Source: Azolla caroliniana (lineage: Eukaryota; Plantae; Polypodiophyta). From it: a stretch of 64,000 nucleotides of DNA. Numbering within the stretch: position 1 is the first letter of the stretch; every line of letters begins with the position of its first letter. Under the pieces are notes generated by a model. The model was not told where the DNA came from and searched no databases. It saw only the letters and a list, made by a program, of their open reading frames with translations. Where the stretch lies: positions 10,416,001 through 10,480,000 of the forward strand of contig JBHGNT010000013.1 in assembly GCA_043228905.1 (NCBI GenBank), written 5' to 3'. A program made the position numbers and the translations under genes. Below, piece after piece: positions 39,101-53,800 of this stretch.

Positions 39101-42100
39101 GATGTCTCTTGAGCTCTAGCAAGAAAAGTCCTAGGCACCGTTGGTCCTCATATTCCATTACCTTGCGTAGCGAGCCAAAGCCTTGTTTAAAGAGGCAATG
39201 GTATGTCCCTCTGATTTCATAAAAGACACTAGAGTGACAAATGTAGTGTTCTTCAGATTCCACTCCTTGATGACACAAATTCTTTCTTCTAGAGGTATTC
39301 GTGTATATCTGCTTACCTCAATCTGTAACTGATGTGATGAAGTTCACAACTGCCCTATCACACTGTGCAGCGCATAGGATAGATGTATGTCCATATAAGG
39401 TGGCCTGATAATGAATCCATCCTCCAATGTGTCTTATAGTGGGCCATCTTTGTACCAAGTGATATTTTGGGGCTGTTTCATGTTATCTTGTTTTCCAAGT
39501 TAGTAATATCAGTTCAGATCACTCTATTCTTTTCCACTTGGTCATATTTAGATGGGGACAGTCCAAGCTATATTGGAACGTGGGTAGGGCATCTATACTC
39601 ATGCCATGTGACTCGAACCATTGCTGCATTTCAGCATACCAACAATGAATGTCTCCATTTTTAGCCAGTTGTCTTGACGACATAAGTGCCAACCTTGGGT
39701 ACCTTTGTTTAGGGAGCTCCCAAAGACGTTGGATAAATGTTGCTGATCGGAACAATGCCTTGGTGATTATAGGTGCTGCTCCCATCTCTGCCCGGATTAT
39801 ATCGTGGGGCACTGATGCTTTGCTCCTTATCATGCGGGAAATCATTGACACTAAAGGTCTCACTAAGTCTTTCCAATGATTTGCCTTGTTAAGACTCGGT
39901 CCCCATGTTTCTACTCCATAGAGAAGAGTTGGTGTGACAAGTGTATCAAATAACCATAGCTTAGTTCGTGGCTCTTGGAACTGCAAATGTGCACATCGTC
40001 TCTCAAGAGCACCAAGGGCTGCATATCCACGAGAAAGTCGGGCACAAGAAGCCTCCTGTAACGAGAACCTAGGCCCTGTAAATGTTACTCCTAGGTATGT
40101 GTAGGAGCGTGTGTATTGCACCTTTTCTTCTCCCAAGAAGAATTCTGGTTTTGATCTTGTTACCCATGCTTGAGTGGTGTTAAACACCATCACTTTAGTT
40201 TTATCCATGTTGATTACAAACCTTTGTCCGTACAAAATAGTTTTAAGGCATTGAGATGTCTTTGTAGTCCCTCCGGAGAGTCAGAAATCATCACAATAAC
40301 ATCAGCATATAGTAATATTTGTATAGCTATACTTGCTAGGCGTGCTCCCGAACCCCCAGATCGCTCTATGTAATGTGATACCTCATCTATATAGAGACCG
40401 AAGAGAGTGGGTGATAGTGGGCATCCTTGCTTCCCTCCGATTGTGCTAGCCACCGCCTCTGACAAACCCTTGGAAGACCGCACTTTTCTTGACACGGATT
40501 CATAGAGTGCATAGATTCCCCATTGCATATCTGTAGGAACATCAAGGGTTTCTAGCTGCTGCATAAGCCGAGCACGTGGCAGTGTCAAAGGCTTTTTGGA
40601 AATCCACAAAGCAGCAATAAATCCTCTTATTATGGGCTCTACCCTCCTCAATAAGGGCCCGGAGGGTCAATATGTGATCCAAAGTTGTGAACCCCTTCCA
40701 AAAGCCTGCCTGTTCAACTGAACAACAGCCATTCTGCTATGCCCATATACCCAATTCTGATTCTAGAATCGAGCCATATAGTTTAGCCAAGTAATGGCCA
40801 ATCATGATTGTCCTATGGTTGCTTGGCATCATGGGTCTCCACTCTTGAGGATTGGCACAATGGTATGCTGAGTCCATCTAGTAGGGAAACCTTCACACGT
40901 GGTTCTATTAAAGATGTGTGCTAGCAATGGGAGCAAGGTATCACAGCCATAGATAAAGCGCTCACCCACCAATCCATCATGATCCTGGGCCTTCCCAAAT
41001 TGTAGCCGATCAATGGCATTTCTTACATTTTGTGGAGTAAAAAAGGTTGATTCATGTGGGCGTGAGCCATGTGGGTGGGGAAGAGGAGGTTGCCCCGGGA
41101 TATCAAGGTAATGGACACAAGGTAAGCATACCACAAACTCATCCATTCATACCAACTTTTATCTCCCAAGGAGCACATTGCAAAAGTTTGGCCAAACAGA
41201 GACCAGAAATAAGCAGTTGATTTTAAAGTAGAAGACCAGGATGTAGAAGGTCTGAGAGTGAATGAATGAAATCATCAATGACATCAAGAAGATCCAGGTC
41301 TTCTCTCTGTAAAGAAGTTGCATCTTGTACCCTTTCTTCCATGAACATAACAAAAAGAACAGCTATAGAAAGGAAGAAAATAAAATGAAGAATTGGAAGT
41401 TTCTTTTACTTTGAGGTTATGTGTAGGTAAAGAAGAAAAAAAGCCCAATATACTTGGAACTTTTGAGGGAGAAATTAGAGTTTCACATGGAGATAAAATC
41501 GACACTGATCTGGAGGAGAAATGTTCAAGTTTCAAACAGTCAGCACAAGTATTCATACAAAATGTGTACATTGTATTTTTTATGTATGGTTGTATGTGTT
41601 TCACACATGATCTTACTGTGTACTTTAATAGTAGTGGGAAACCAACCTTGCAGTTCTATTGTTTTATCATATAGAGGATCTGCTGTCATAGAGAACGTGG
41701 GTTATTTTCTTTCTTGGCAAGGAAGGACTGCAAAATCAATTATGTTTTTCCATTTCAATACAAACGTCAATATTCTGTAAACTCTTGTATAATTTTTACT
41801 GGAAACTCAAAGGTTGGCACACTATTAAATTTCGTAAGTTTCATCACTCGATAAAAAAACTTATGCAATACTTTTTACAGGAATGTCAGGCTGCCGTATT
41901 CCGTTAGTTATAATGACATCTGATGATACTCACCTTAGAACAGAACAACTTCTTGAAGAAAATAACTTCTTTGGAATGTCTCGTGAACAAATTCATCTCT
42001 TGAAACAGGTATGAACTTGTATAACCTATATATCTCAATGTAGCCTATCTTACGAAGCATTGTATTCATATTAAATATACCTAAACAAGTCCTATCTTGT

Positions 42101-45100
42101 TGGATATCTTATTTAGATGTTTGAATGCGGCTGATACCATATTATTTCCTATGACACAGGAAAAGGTAGCGTGCCTAGTAGATAACGATGCACATTTAGC
42201 ATTGGACCCATTGAATCAGTATAAAATACAGGTAGTTTGCTTTAATACTTTTCTGTCAAATTTGTTTTAATACTTTTCTGCTGAATTTTGAATCCTCAAG
42301 CTTAAGGGTGGGGAATCAAGCTTTAAGTTGTTTGCGTTTAAGAGGTTATCTGACGGCTGCAATGGTTGCTAGAGATGCCTCTGCACATTTCCTAAAGCAC
42401 TTGGTGGATCTCCATCTCTTCTACCTAGATGACAGAATTCGCTATTTATAATAGACCTATTGGCTGACATCAGGTCATGCAGGCCAACTCTTTAGGGTGA
42501 AGGATGTATGTTATAGGATGTATATGCTAAATACCGTTTTACTCGAGAGACAGTTGATGTGTATAGTTGTGGGGCACACAATGACACGCTTGATTTGAAT
42601 CTTTTTGCATCCATAGAGGAAATCACACAAAGGTTGTCAAAGTCATTGCATTATGCCGCCACAAATGCCTTCCACATACCACAGTTGGAAATACACCCAT
42701 ACAAGGTAGAGCCGCCCATAATAGTTGGCATAGATTGACATATTCGCATTTGTGGGGTTTCCCATTCGAATGCATACGAATATGCATACGAATGCATGGT
42801 CAAGTATTCGTTTATCCCCCCCCCAAAAAAAGAGAGTCCAAGAACTCCCTCCTTTTTTAGTTTACTAGGATAAAAAAAAGGGACATTAAAAGAGGGACTA
42901 TAAAAAGGCACATTAAGAGGGACTTGACACTAATAAATTTTTATAATAAATATAAAAGTATTCGTTTTATTTTTAATAAATAAATAAAATACAATAAAGG
43001 TTCATTAATTCCTCACTTTTTATTCTCTCAAAGATTATAGATGTTTTTATTTTGACATAAAAAATTGGACTTCACACTAATCATATTTCTATAATAAATA
43101 TACAAATGTTTGTTTTTAAAAAAAAAAAATTAATTAAAATAAAGGTTCATAAACTTCCCCATTTTTTATTTGACACTATAAAATAGAGTTAATACTAATC
43201 ATATGTATATAATCTATTAATGAATGATTGCTCTTTTTTTAGTGAATTAAATTTATTTAATTAATATTTTATATATTTTTGTAAAACGAATGGTTTTATA
43301 ATATTCTTGGGGCCATTTCGTATTCTTGAATATTGAGAATATCACGTATGGAGAATGTGACGAATATCGTGCATGTGTCAATCTATGATAGTTCGTATGA
43401 TACAAGGAGACACCAATGATTTGTGAGGAAGAAGAAGAGATCATGTCTGGCGATTTGACGCAAAGGTGTACTGGTTTCTAGGACAAAAAAGTAGATGACA
43501 TTACTGAGCAGCCCTGCCTCCCCTACCCACGTGAATCTACGTTTTTTAGTTCACGGAAGATGAGAAATACCATTGATAGGTTATTTGGAAGGCCCAAGAT
43601 CATGATGGATTGATAGGTGACCATTTTATCTATGTTTGCACACATCTTTAAAAGAGCTATATGCGAAGGCTTCCGTCCCTACTTGCAGGACGGAACATAC
43701 CATTGTACTGATTTTCAAGTGTGGAGATCCTATGGTATCTAGCAATTATTGGACTATCATGATTGACCATTTCTCAGTTTAACTACCGAGTTTGATCCCA
43801 GATCCAGAATTGAGTGTATGGGTAAAGTAAAATGGTTATTACTGAGCTGGACAGGCAGGTTTTTGAAAGGGATTCACAATTTTTGATCACATATTGAACC
43901 TCTGAGCCCTTGGAGCTAGGGGCCCATACCAGGGGAATTTATTGTTGTTTTTTGGATTTCTAGAAAGTCTTTAACATTGTACAGTATGTTCACCTCATGC
44001 AGTGATTAGAAGCCTTTGGAGTCCCAAACGATATGGAATGGGGAATCTATGCACTACATAAATCAGTGTCAGGAAAGTGTGTAATTCTATTGAGTTGATA
44101 GAGGTCATGGCTAGTACGATTGCCATTCTTTTGGTCTTTATATAGATGAGATATCTTTACATAGGTAAAATGGGCAATTCAGGAGCATGCTTAGCAGGGT
44201 TAGCTATATTGATATTACTATATGCTGATGTCAGTATATTGATCTCTGACTCTCTAGAGGAATTACAAAGATATCTAAGTGCATTAAAATCATTTTGTAT
44301 AGACAAAGGTTTTATGGTCAATCTTGATGGTGTTTAACATGACTCAAGCATGGACAATGAGATCAGAACTAGAGTTCTTCTTGGGAGAGGAAAAGGTGGC
44401 ATACACACAATCCTATATGTACTAGGACTAACATTCACAGGGACTTGGCTCTCATATGACTGGCGGTTGTGCTCAAAATTCTCTTGGATATGCAGTCCTT
44501 GGTGTCCTTGAAAGAATATGTGCTAATATACAGTTCTGAGAACCACAAATGAAATTGTGGTGGTTTGATACCCTTGTAATATATGATCTTCTCTTTGTAA
44601 TAGAATATTAGGAACTGAGCCTTCATAGCAACATAACTGAACAGATTCAGAGAGATCTTTAGTCTTGATGACTTCCTGCATGATATAATTTGGGCAGAGA
44701 TGGGAGAAACTCCAATAGTTTGAACGCACTACCCCCATCTCAATTTGGCTTTGATAGTCCACAGCTGAACTTGACCAAAGTGGAAAGAAGAGAGTTATCC
44801 AAATAGTTTTCTTTAAATCAAATAATGAAAGAACGTAAATCAGCCACATGAGATCTCTTGGTACGAAGATTGCCCACTATAAGGTACTCTTTAACATGTC
44901 TCAGGATGGATCTATCATCATACCTTGGATGCACACCTATCTCATGTGTTCTGCAATGTGATGGCGCAGCGCAGCCCCTTTTCATTGTAGTTAAAAATTT
45001 CGATAGGCAGATATGCACACAAAACAATGGAAGAACAAATATCTTGAAACAAGGCTTTGGCTCACTACATGAGTTCATGGAATATGAAGAACGACAATGC

Positions 45101-48100
45101 TTGGGAGTGTTCTTGCTAGAACTTCAGAGATATAAAGAGAAGTTGTTGAATGACAACAATACAACCACATTTCATCAACAAAGAACCATCATGAATTTCT
45201 TTAGCGTCATTACTCATGACACAAGTCCATCATGGGTGACACAAGTGGAGTCGTGCCCAAGACACTTGAAAGGAGTTACATTAGATTGGGCAATAGCAAT
45301 GTTTCATGTGCATAAGATACAACCATCTACCCACTGTCATAACTCTTGTAACTGATAAATAAAGGCCATCATCACCTGGCACTGAAGGTGCTTTTGCTTC
45401 AGTGATATCTTCATATTGGAGGCCCATGTTGGAGATTTTTCGAAGGTAGAAGTTCTAGTGTATCTAACTTTGCTATTAACAGAAATATGTAGATGTTACT
45501 ACCATTGTTTTATTGTTTCTTTGCTGAAAACAGAAATCTATTCTAGTATTGGCACATAGCTTTTGACAACATTTTTGCATACACAGATGTATATCTACAC
45601 TCTGGTGTTATTTTATATGAATATATTTCTAAATTTTTGTTTCAATAGACAAAGCCTCATGGCCATGGAGATGTGCATGCTTTGCTTCATCGCAGTGGGC
45701 TTCTTGCCACATGGTAAGCTGAGTATGTAAGTGAGATGGACTTCTTTCTATGTGGTAAGTATTGAGTATATGTGGATATTTTGTTTGTGAAAAATGATAC
45801 ATTTTCCTCCTTGCAGGAGAGAGCAAAACTTATCTTGGGTCCTTTTCTTCCAAGACACGAATGGGCTTCTCTTTAAGGTGCACAATCATTTATAATAAAC
45901 ACATGCATGGGCACATGCTATAATATATATAATATATCTGTGTGAGGCACTCATGAACGAAATGACAATAAAGACGATTAATTCATTTATGGTAGAAAAA
46001 ATGAAGTATCTGGATTTAGAGACCGTCATTTTAGTATTTGTTCTCATTTAAATGTCCGAAACCCTGTCCATGTGAGGAATTACCTTCATTTCATAAGGCA
46101 TCCATCTGTTAGAGGTTTAAAAGCTTTCTACGATGCCAAAAATCAGTTGTAAGAGTTGATAGGAACTGTAGTTACTGTGCTATATTAGAATGCATCCATA
46201 GAGACTATTGGGAGTATATATTGGGTAATTTTGTCTGGATATTCATTGTGTATGCATGTTGGTAGTTGAATGATAAGTTGTATATCTTATTAAACTGAAA
46301 TACATGCTACTATCAATTCAATTGTTGTATGGCGGTGTAGATTCCTTATCAAGATTGTGGTTTTCTTTGTTTTGTTTTGGGCTGTAATCAGGCTATACCT
46401 GCCTCCCTTGGTGTCAGTGCTATAAGGGACTTAGATGTGAATTCTTTAGCAGTTCCTCGTAAGGCAAAGGAAGCTATTGGTGGAATTAGCCGGCTCACAC
46501 ATGAAAATGGTATGCAATATTTCATTGCTTACATTTAAATGAACAATATTTTATAACCACATATGGATTTACTATGGTTTTTGTATTTTCCACTATTCCT
46601 AGATTGTAGATATTGGATTTGCTTCTAGTTCTTTTCTAAATGGTCAATTTTAAAGAGTTTCATTTTTATTTTAACTCTCAGGCAGCTGTTTCTGCCTTAA
46701 TATAGTATCCAGAAATACAGGTTGAATTGTTTCATAGTGCCCTGATACACTTCAGTCAGCTTTTTCAGAGATATAAAAGTATTTCAGCCATTTTGAACTT
46801 TATAATGCTCTGTATTGATGCTACTGTTTTCTGGAGGTCAATGAAAGCTGTGCATGTGTTTTCCAGTAGCAATGTTGAAATTTATTTATGTTCAAGAATA
46901 GAAGTTGGCAAATTTTGGAATAGATTTGAGAACTGAGCCCAAGACATGCGTGGAGAATAGTTTATTCCTCAACTAATTTACAGGGCAATTCTGTTGGAGG
47001 GTGGCAGCTCCAGACCTGCACTCTCTTTCATATTTATTATCTCTGTACTACATTCTCTCTTTTCTCAGATTCTTCTCTCTCTAGAATCTGCAACTCTTTA
47101 AATGGCTTCTCTCTCTAGAATCTGCAATGCTTTAAATACCTTTTCCAAGATATTCCCTTTTATTCCTAGTTTTTTGTACCTGTTTGGTAGTACAAGAGTC
47201 ACTTAACTACCAAACAGCCATTTCACCCACATTCCCCAATTTTGTATAAATAGGCTATACCAGCCTCTTTTGTATAGTTTTCATTTTCTTTTTTGCTACT
47301 TAAAACAAGCTCTATTCCTTGGCTGTGTCTCTACTCTTTGCAACCATTTTTTCTACTGCTGTCTAACAGCCTTCTCACAGCTTGGCTGTGCCTATTTTGT
47401 TTTAAGTCTTCCGCTGCTGCTATTAACAACTTTTCTCACATGGTATCAGAGCAGTGAGGTCTCCATATCCTCAGCCTGATTTTTTTTGCCAAAGAGCACA
47501 CAGACCTATCTTCTTTTATCCCTCCCTCCCAACCCTACAGAGGAGGCTCTTCTGTTTTCTTTTCCCCTTATCTGAGCCTCACCTAGCATCTAGGGAGAAG
47601 TAGAAAGACCCTGAGTATCTACTTACAACTGCTGTAAATTGTCCAACTGTAGCTCAAGAGGAGGATATCCATGGCCTCACATGCCACCATTGTTTCATCA
47701 ACCATTCCCCAACTCCCCAAAGAATCCATCTTGGATGGGAACAATTACTTGGATTGGGAGCTACAAATAAAGACCTTGCTACAATACCATCGTTTATGGA
47801 ATGTAGTCAATGGTAGTGACAAGAAACCACCAGTAACTTCATCCTCTTCAACCAAATCAGTTGCTGGCTCATCTAACGCTGAGATTGAAGCTTGGCTAGA
47901 TAAGGATTCTCGTGCTCATGCTTTCCTCATGTTTAATATTAAACCGAGCATCGCTCGTCAATTTCAAGATAAAGATGACGAGACAGCCAATGAACTATGG
48001 ACAACCATCAAAAGGAGGTATCATCGAGCTAATCATGCTCAAATGATAGCTATTGAAAGCCAACTAGCAAATCTCAAGATTCATGACACTCCCAACATCA

Positions 48101-50806
48101 TGGATCAAATAACGGAATTTGTCACTCTCCAAAAGGAACTAGTTTCTTTGGGAAGCAAGTCCACTGAAGTTGAGTTTGTGCATCGTCTAATGATAAAGTT
48201 GCCTGAGTCATTCTCAGCCTTTTGTGACACCATTTCTCTTCTTCCCAACACACATGACATGAATACATTTCTTGGTATGCTACAAGATAGGGCAACAAGG
48301 AAGAAAAGTGCTCAAACTTCCAATGAGACGCTTCTACATGCGACAAGTAAAGGCAAGTGGAAGCAAAATGGTAACTCCTACAACAAACCCAATCCAAGAC
48401 CGCCAAACAACCCAGCTTACAAGGAGCTCACTTGTCATTATTGTGGCTACAAAGGTCACATTCAGCCAGATTGTCGGAAAAAGAAAAGGGACAATGCTAA
48501 GAACTCTTCTTCTACCAGAAATCAACCTACACCGAAATCCAACTCGGCCCAATCAGCCAAAGAAACAGTTTTCCTTGGCATTGAGGAACATACTTCACAT
48601 TTGGCTGGACCAACTACTTCAACCATCGATGAGTGGTTAGTAGATAGTGGTGCCACTTCACACATGACCTATGACAAATCCATTTTGCATGATGTGAAGC
48701 CTAGCTCTTCCCAAATCTCTATAGGAGATGCCTCAAGCATTGAGGCTTCATGTGTGGGTAATGTGGTTCTTGACAATTCTTCAAGTGAAGAACTTGTCGT
48801 TCTTCAAGATGTGCTACATGTGCCTCGCATCTCTACCAACCTACTTTCGGTTTACAAAATCACCAAGCAAGGTTATGGAGTCTACTTTGATAGCTCAGTT
48901 TTGGAAGTGATTGACACCAACAGCCTACAAATTGTAGCTAGTGGCACACAAGAAGGGGGTTTATATCGCCTAAAAAGCTCCCATAGCCCCTTGGAAAACT
49001 CCAAATCTCATCTTCTTCATCTTCTTCAAGGCTCTCATGCCTTGGTGGCACAAGAAGATCCCACGTTGTGGCATGCTAGGTTTGGTCATCTCAACTATGA
49101 TTCTCTTCAAAAGCTCTCCTCCTCCCAACTAGTTGAGGGTCTTCCTATTTTCAAATCTCCCTATACCCCATGTGTTGCTTGTCTTCATGGCAAGCAACAT
49201 CGAGAGCCTTTCCCTCATGAAGCCACTCACCGAGCAACATCTATCTTGGAGTTAGTGCACACGGATCTTTGTGGTCCCATGAAAACCACTACTCTTGGTG
49301 GTGCACGCTACTTCATGCTTATAATTGATGACTTCTCCCGCAAGGTTTGGGTTTATTTTCTTGTAGAAAAATCCCAAGCCTTCGCAAAATTTCAAGAATG
49401 GGTAGCTCTCGTGGAGAACGAGACATCGAAGAAAGTTCGAAAGATCAGGTCGGACAATGGTGGAGAGTTTATCTCCAAAGCTTTCCACCATTTCTGCTCT
49501 CAACGAGGCATTGCTCGCCAATTTTCTACACCCAATACTCCTCAACAAAATGGAGTCGTGGAAAGGAAGAACCGGACAGTCCAAGAGATGGCTCGTACGA
49601 TGCTATCTCAATCTGATCTTCCTCTCTCGTTTTGGGGTGAAGCTGTCAACACAGCAGTCTACATCATCAACTGCTGCCCAACAAAAGCAGTTGCTAGAAT
49701 GATGCCTGAAGAAGCATTTACAGGTGTAAAGCCCTCAGTATCTCATTTTAAAGTCTTTGGTTGTGATGCTTATGTTCACATTTCAGATCATAAAAGGACG
49801 AAATTTGAGTCCAAAACCAAGAAATGCAAATTTCTTGGTTACAGCACACAATCTAAAGCATACAGGTTATGGGATTTAGAGTCAAAGTCCCTAGTCATAT
49901 CTAGGGATGTTCATTTTGTGGAGTCTCAGCCGGATGACTCTAGGATTTCACTTGAGTTCATGGTTGAAATCCAAGCTCCTCCGGAATCTCCTATTTTAGA
50001 CGAAAATGTCTCATCTTCAAGCCCCCCATCTCCTCCTACTCAATCTCTAACTTCGCCAACAATTCAAACCTCTCCCTCAACTCCACTTGTTTCCACTCCC
50101 TCTACAAACCAGCTTCCACCACTTCCCAAGTGGCTTCAAGCCACCATTCGTGATTCTCATCTCTCCGATGCTGAACTTCATGAGTATACATCTGGTTCTC
50201 GAACACGTAAGTCACAACGGCCTCTTCACTCATGCAACTTTGCCTTATTGTGCATTGTTGTGCAATCAAAAGAACCCACAACAGCAAAAGAGGCCCTTGT
50301 TCTTCCAAAGTGGAAAGCAGCAATGGAAGTTGAACTTGATTCCATTGAGCGGAATCATACATGGGAGCTGGTCCCACGGCCTCCACATCGACAAGTCATT
50401 GGATTGAAATGGATTTTCAAGACCAAATACCATGCTGATGGTACTTTGGATAAGCACAAGGCACGTTTAATGGCAGAAGGCTACTCACAAGTTGAAGGAG
50501 TGGATTATGAGGAAACTTTTGCTCCAACAGCATGGTACACATCTATCTCATGTGCGCTTGCACTTGCTGCTCACAACAAATGGGCCATTTTTCAAATGGA
50601 TGTCAAGTCAACCTTCCTTAACGGTGACTGAAAGAGGAGGTTTATGTTGAACAGCCTCCAGGTTTCGAGATTTTAGAGCAGAAAAACATGGTCTACAGGT
50701 TACACAAAGCCTTGTATGGCTTAAAGCAAGCTCCCAAAGCTTGGCATGACAAAATTGATAGCTTCTTTCTCTCTCTTGGGTTTCAGAACTGTTATGTTGA
50801 CAACAA

Positions 50807-50841
<35 letters not shown>

Positions 50842-53800
50842 CTATCTATCTATCTATCTATATATATATATATATATTTCCCGCTTCCAAGGCATGCCAT
50901 TAATCAGCTCCTCGGTCGACTCAATGTTTGATGGCCGTTCTGGAGCTGAGAGGAGGTGTTGGAGGGTGGCAGCTCCAGACCTGCACTCTCTTTCATATTT
51001 ATTATCTTTGTACTACATTCTCTCTTTTCTCAGATTCTTCTCTCTCTAGAATCTGCAACTCTTTAAATGGCTTCTCTCTCTAGAATCTGCAATGCTTTAA
51101 ATACCTTTTCCAAGATATTCCCTTTTATTCCTAGTTTTTTGTACTTGTTTGGTAGTACAAGAGTCACTTAACTACCAAACAGCCATTTCACCCACATTCC
51201 CCAATTTTGTATAAGTAGGCTATACCAGCCTCTTTTGTATAGTTTTCATTTTCTTTTTTGCTACTTAAAACAAGCTCTATTCCTTGGCTGTGTCTCTACT
51301 CTTTGCAACCATTTTTTCTACTGCTGTCTAACAGCCTTCTCACAGCTTGGCTGTGCCTATTTTGTTTTAAGTCTTCCGCTGCTGCTATTAACAACTTTTC
51401 TCACAAATTCTGCTGAATTTTGTACAGTTAATTAATATATGGTCCTTTTCTTCTAAGACAATTGCAACAAAAACGGAGAAACACCATGGAACTAGGTATT
51501 TGGAGGCAGGAATTAATAAAACAATAGAATAGGCTATAGATTGAGATATGCCAAAAATTGAGGTGCGAAATTGTGCATAACAACAGCATGAGATGCAAGG
51601 GGAGTAAGCAAATGTGGATGTGTTTTACCACTACAGACTGTTATTTGGAAAATGGAGCAGACAGAGTTTTGCCATCGCATGAACTGTGTGAGTTTTTGGA
51701 AACCAGAGAGCAATTCCTCCAACTGTGAACTTCAACTGTAGGAAACCGATTCCTGGTGCTATTAATGGGGATTTTTTAGATACCAGCTTTTGGCTTTATC
51801 TTTTGATATTTATATATTATATATACTACATATGTGGACGTCACGATTTCTGTTTGATGTTTCCAGTACTTGCGGTGCCTAAATTAAATTCTATCATCCC
51901 TAAATTAATTGATATCACGAAGGGTTGGGCTTCATAATGTATAGTCGTTACTTAAGTATCTTGTGCGGGGCTATTGTGGTAGGACTTATGAAGACTTGAG
52001 TGGTTTTTTAGTTCTTAGGTAGACTTAGAGCTCAAGTCAGAAAATCTACTTGGCAGCAAGCACTTTAAGTTTTTGTTCCTCTTCTCTTCAATCTTATTAG
52101 TGGGATACGTTATCTTCAGTTATGGAGAACTGACAAGTTGATGTAAAGTTATGGCTTTTAGTGATCTATGTCAGCAATTTTCGTGTTTATATCTGCATAA
52201 CTTGATTAGTACCCCATCAATATGAATCATGTCATTAAGGAATTCTATGTTTTTCAAAAAGTATGTGGCCTTCCATTTACTGGAATGTAAAATACTGAAT
52301 GTGTTGCCTCACAATTTACACCCTGTTCATTTTAAAGGTAAAGAAATGGTTATCAACGTAGAATATAACCAATTGGATCCTTTACTTCGAGCGACTGGCC
52401 ATGCTGATGGAGATGTGAATGACGAAAGTGGATATTCCCCTTATCCAGGGAACATCAATCAGGTTAGTCATGTCATATTGACAATTAATATAAGCAGCAA
52501 GAGGAACAGATCGCTGATATTGTTTACTTGTAGTTGATAATAAAACTTGGACCATATACTGATGAATTATCAGAGACCAATGGACTAATTCAAGAATTTG
52601 TAAATCCCAAGTAAGCCTTATCATGTTGTATTGACTTCATTTGTACATGTGAGTTATTGTGGCAAAAGATAACTTTATGTACCTCATATTTCACATTTTG
52701 GTTTTCATCTATATCATTGATCTAATCCTGAACCCATTTCTTTGAGAAAGAATGGTCATATCAGTAGAAATGAAGTATTTCATTACAGAATCGGTACTTG
52801 ATGCTTGTCACCACCTAAATAAATGCGAATGCGAGTTTTAAAACGGTTATCCAGGTACAAGGATGCAAATAAAACAGCATTTAAGTCTTCGACAAGACTT
52901 GAATGTATGATGCAAGACTATCCTCGCAGTTTGGATGGCTCATCGAAGGTTGGATTCACTGTAAGTAATATTTCACTCTCCCATTACATTGTTTTGCATG
53001 TAATGTGTAAGAAATCTATAATTGCAGTCCCCCTTATTAATATAAAAATGTATTTGCGAGAATTGTGAAATATTTGTGAGGAGACTCATGATGTACCATG
53101 ATACAATCACAAAGACCTGTTGTGAGTCGTTTTGTGGAAGCTTTGTTGGTGACTCTATGTTGCTACATTATTCTCGAGGACCTTATGTTGCTCAAGATAA
53201 TGCACGGTTTGGGCAAGAAACAGGAGGGTGGATTTCAAAGTCTGGTTTCTGTGGAAAGAGACGGAATGGTTGACAGTTTTTTCTACCATTTTAAATAATT
53301 AACTGGTTTTTGATACTTAAGCATTGCTGTATCTTTGATTTGATCCATTACATTGAACCTATGATGTAACCCTTGTTTGAAAGAGTCCATTAAATTGATC
53401 CATTACGTGGAATCTATTATGTATACCCTTGTTTGAAAGAGCCCATGGATAAGAGTATACGGTGAGAATGCATATAAAGTGAGTTTAAAACCCATCTTTG
53501 CCTCGATGAAGTTTATCCAGACTTATAACATCTGATGATGCCATGCAAACAGTGAGTTGCTAAAAATATAGTTATGTATGCACCGTACCCTTGAATAAAT
53601 GTCGTGTGTTTCTAGGTTCTCATTTTCATCAATGACATATTTGTAAACTACAATTGAGCTCTGCAAAAGAGAAGTAACTCTCAAACAAGGGAAAATAATG
53701 CAATTGAAAAATAAGAAACAGGAGGGTTGATAATGTTGGGTTAAAGATGATTACCTCCACCATTTATCGCCTTCAAATGGTCTCCAAACGTTTCCAGAGA

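Noticed and set aside
41080-43520. Apparent shared 5' truncation point of the two intronic LINEs
   Set aside because: The intron-7 LINE continues upstream to about 42320 once the MITE is removed, so the coincidence is not real.
53330-53445. Duplication of about 56 bp in USP intron 13
   Set aside because: Simple local duplication with no further signal.
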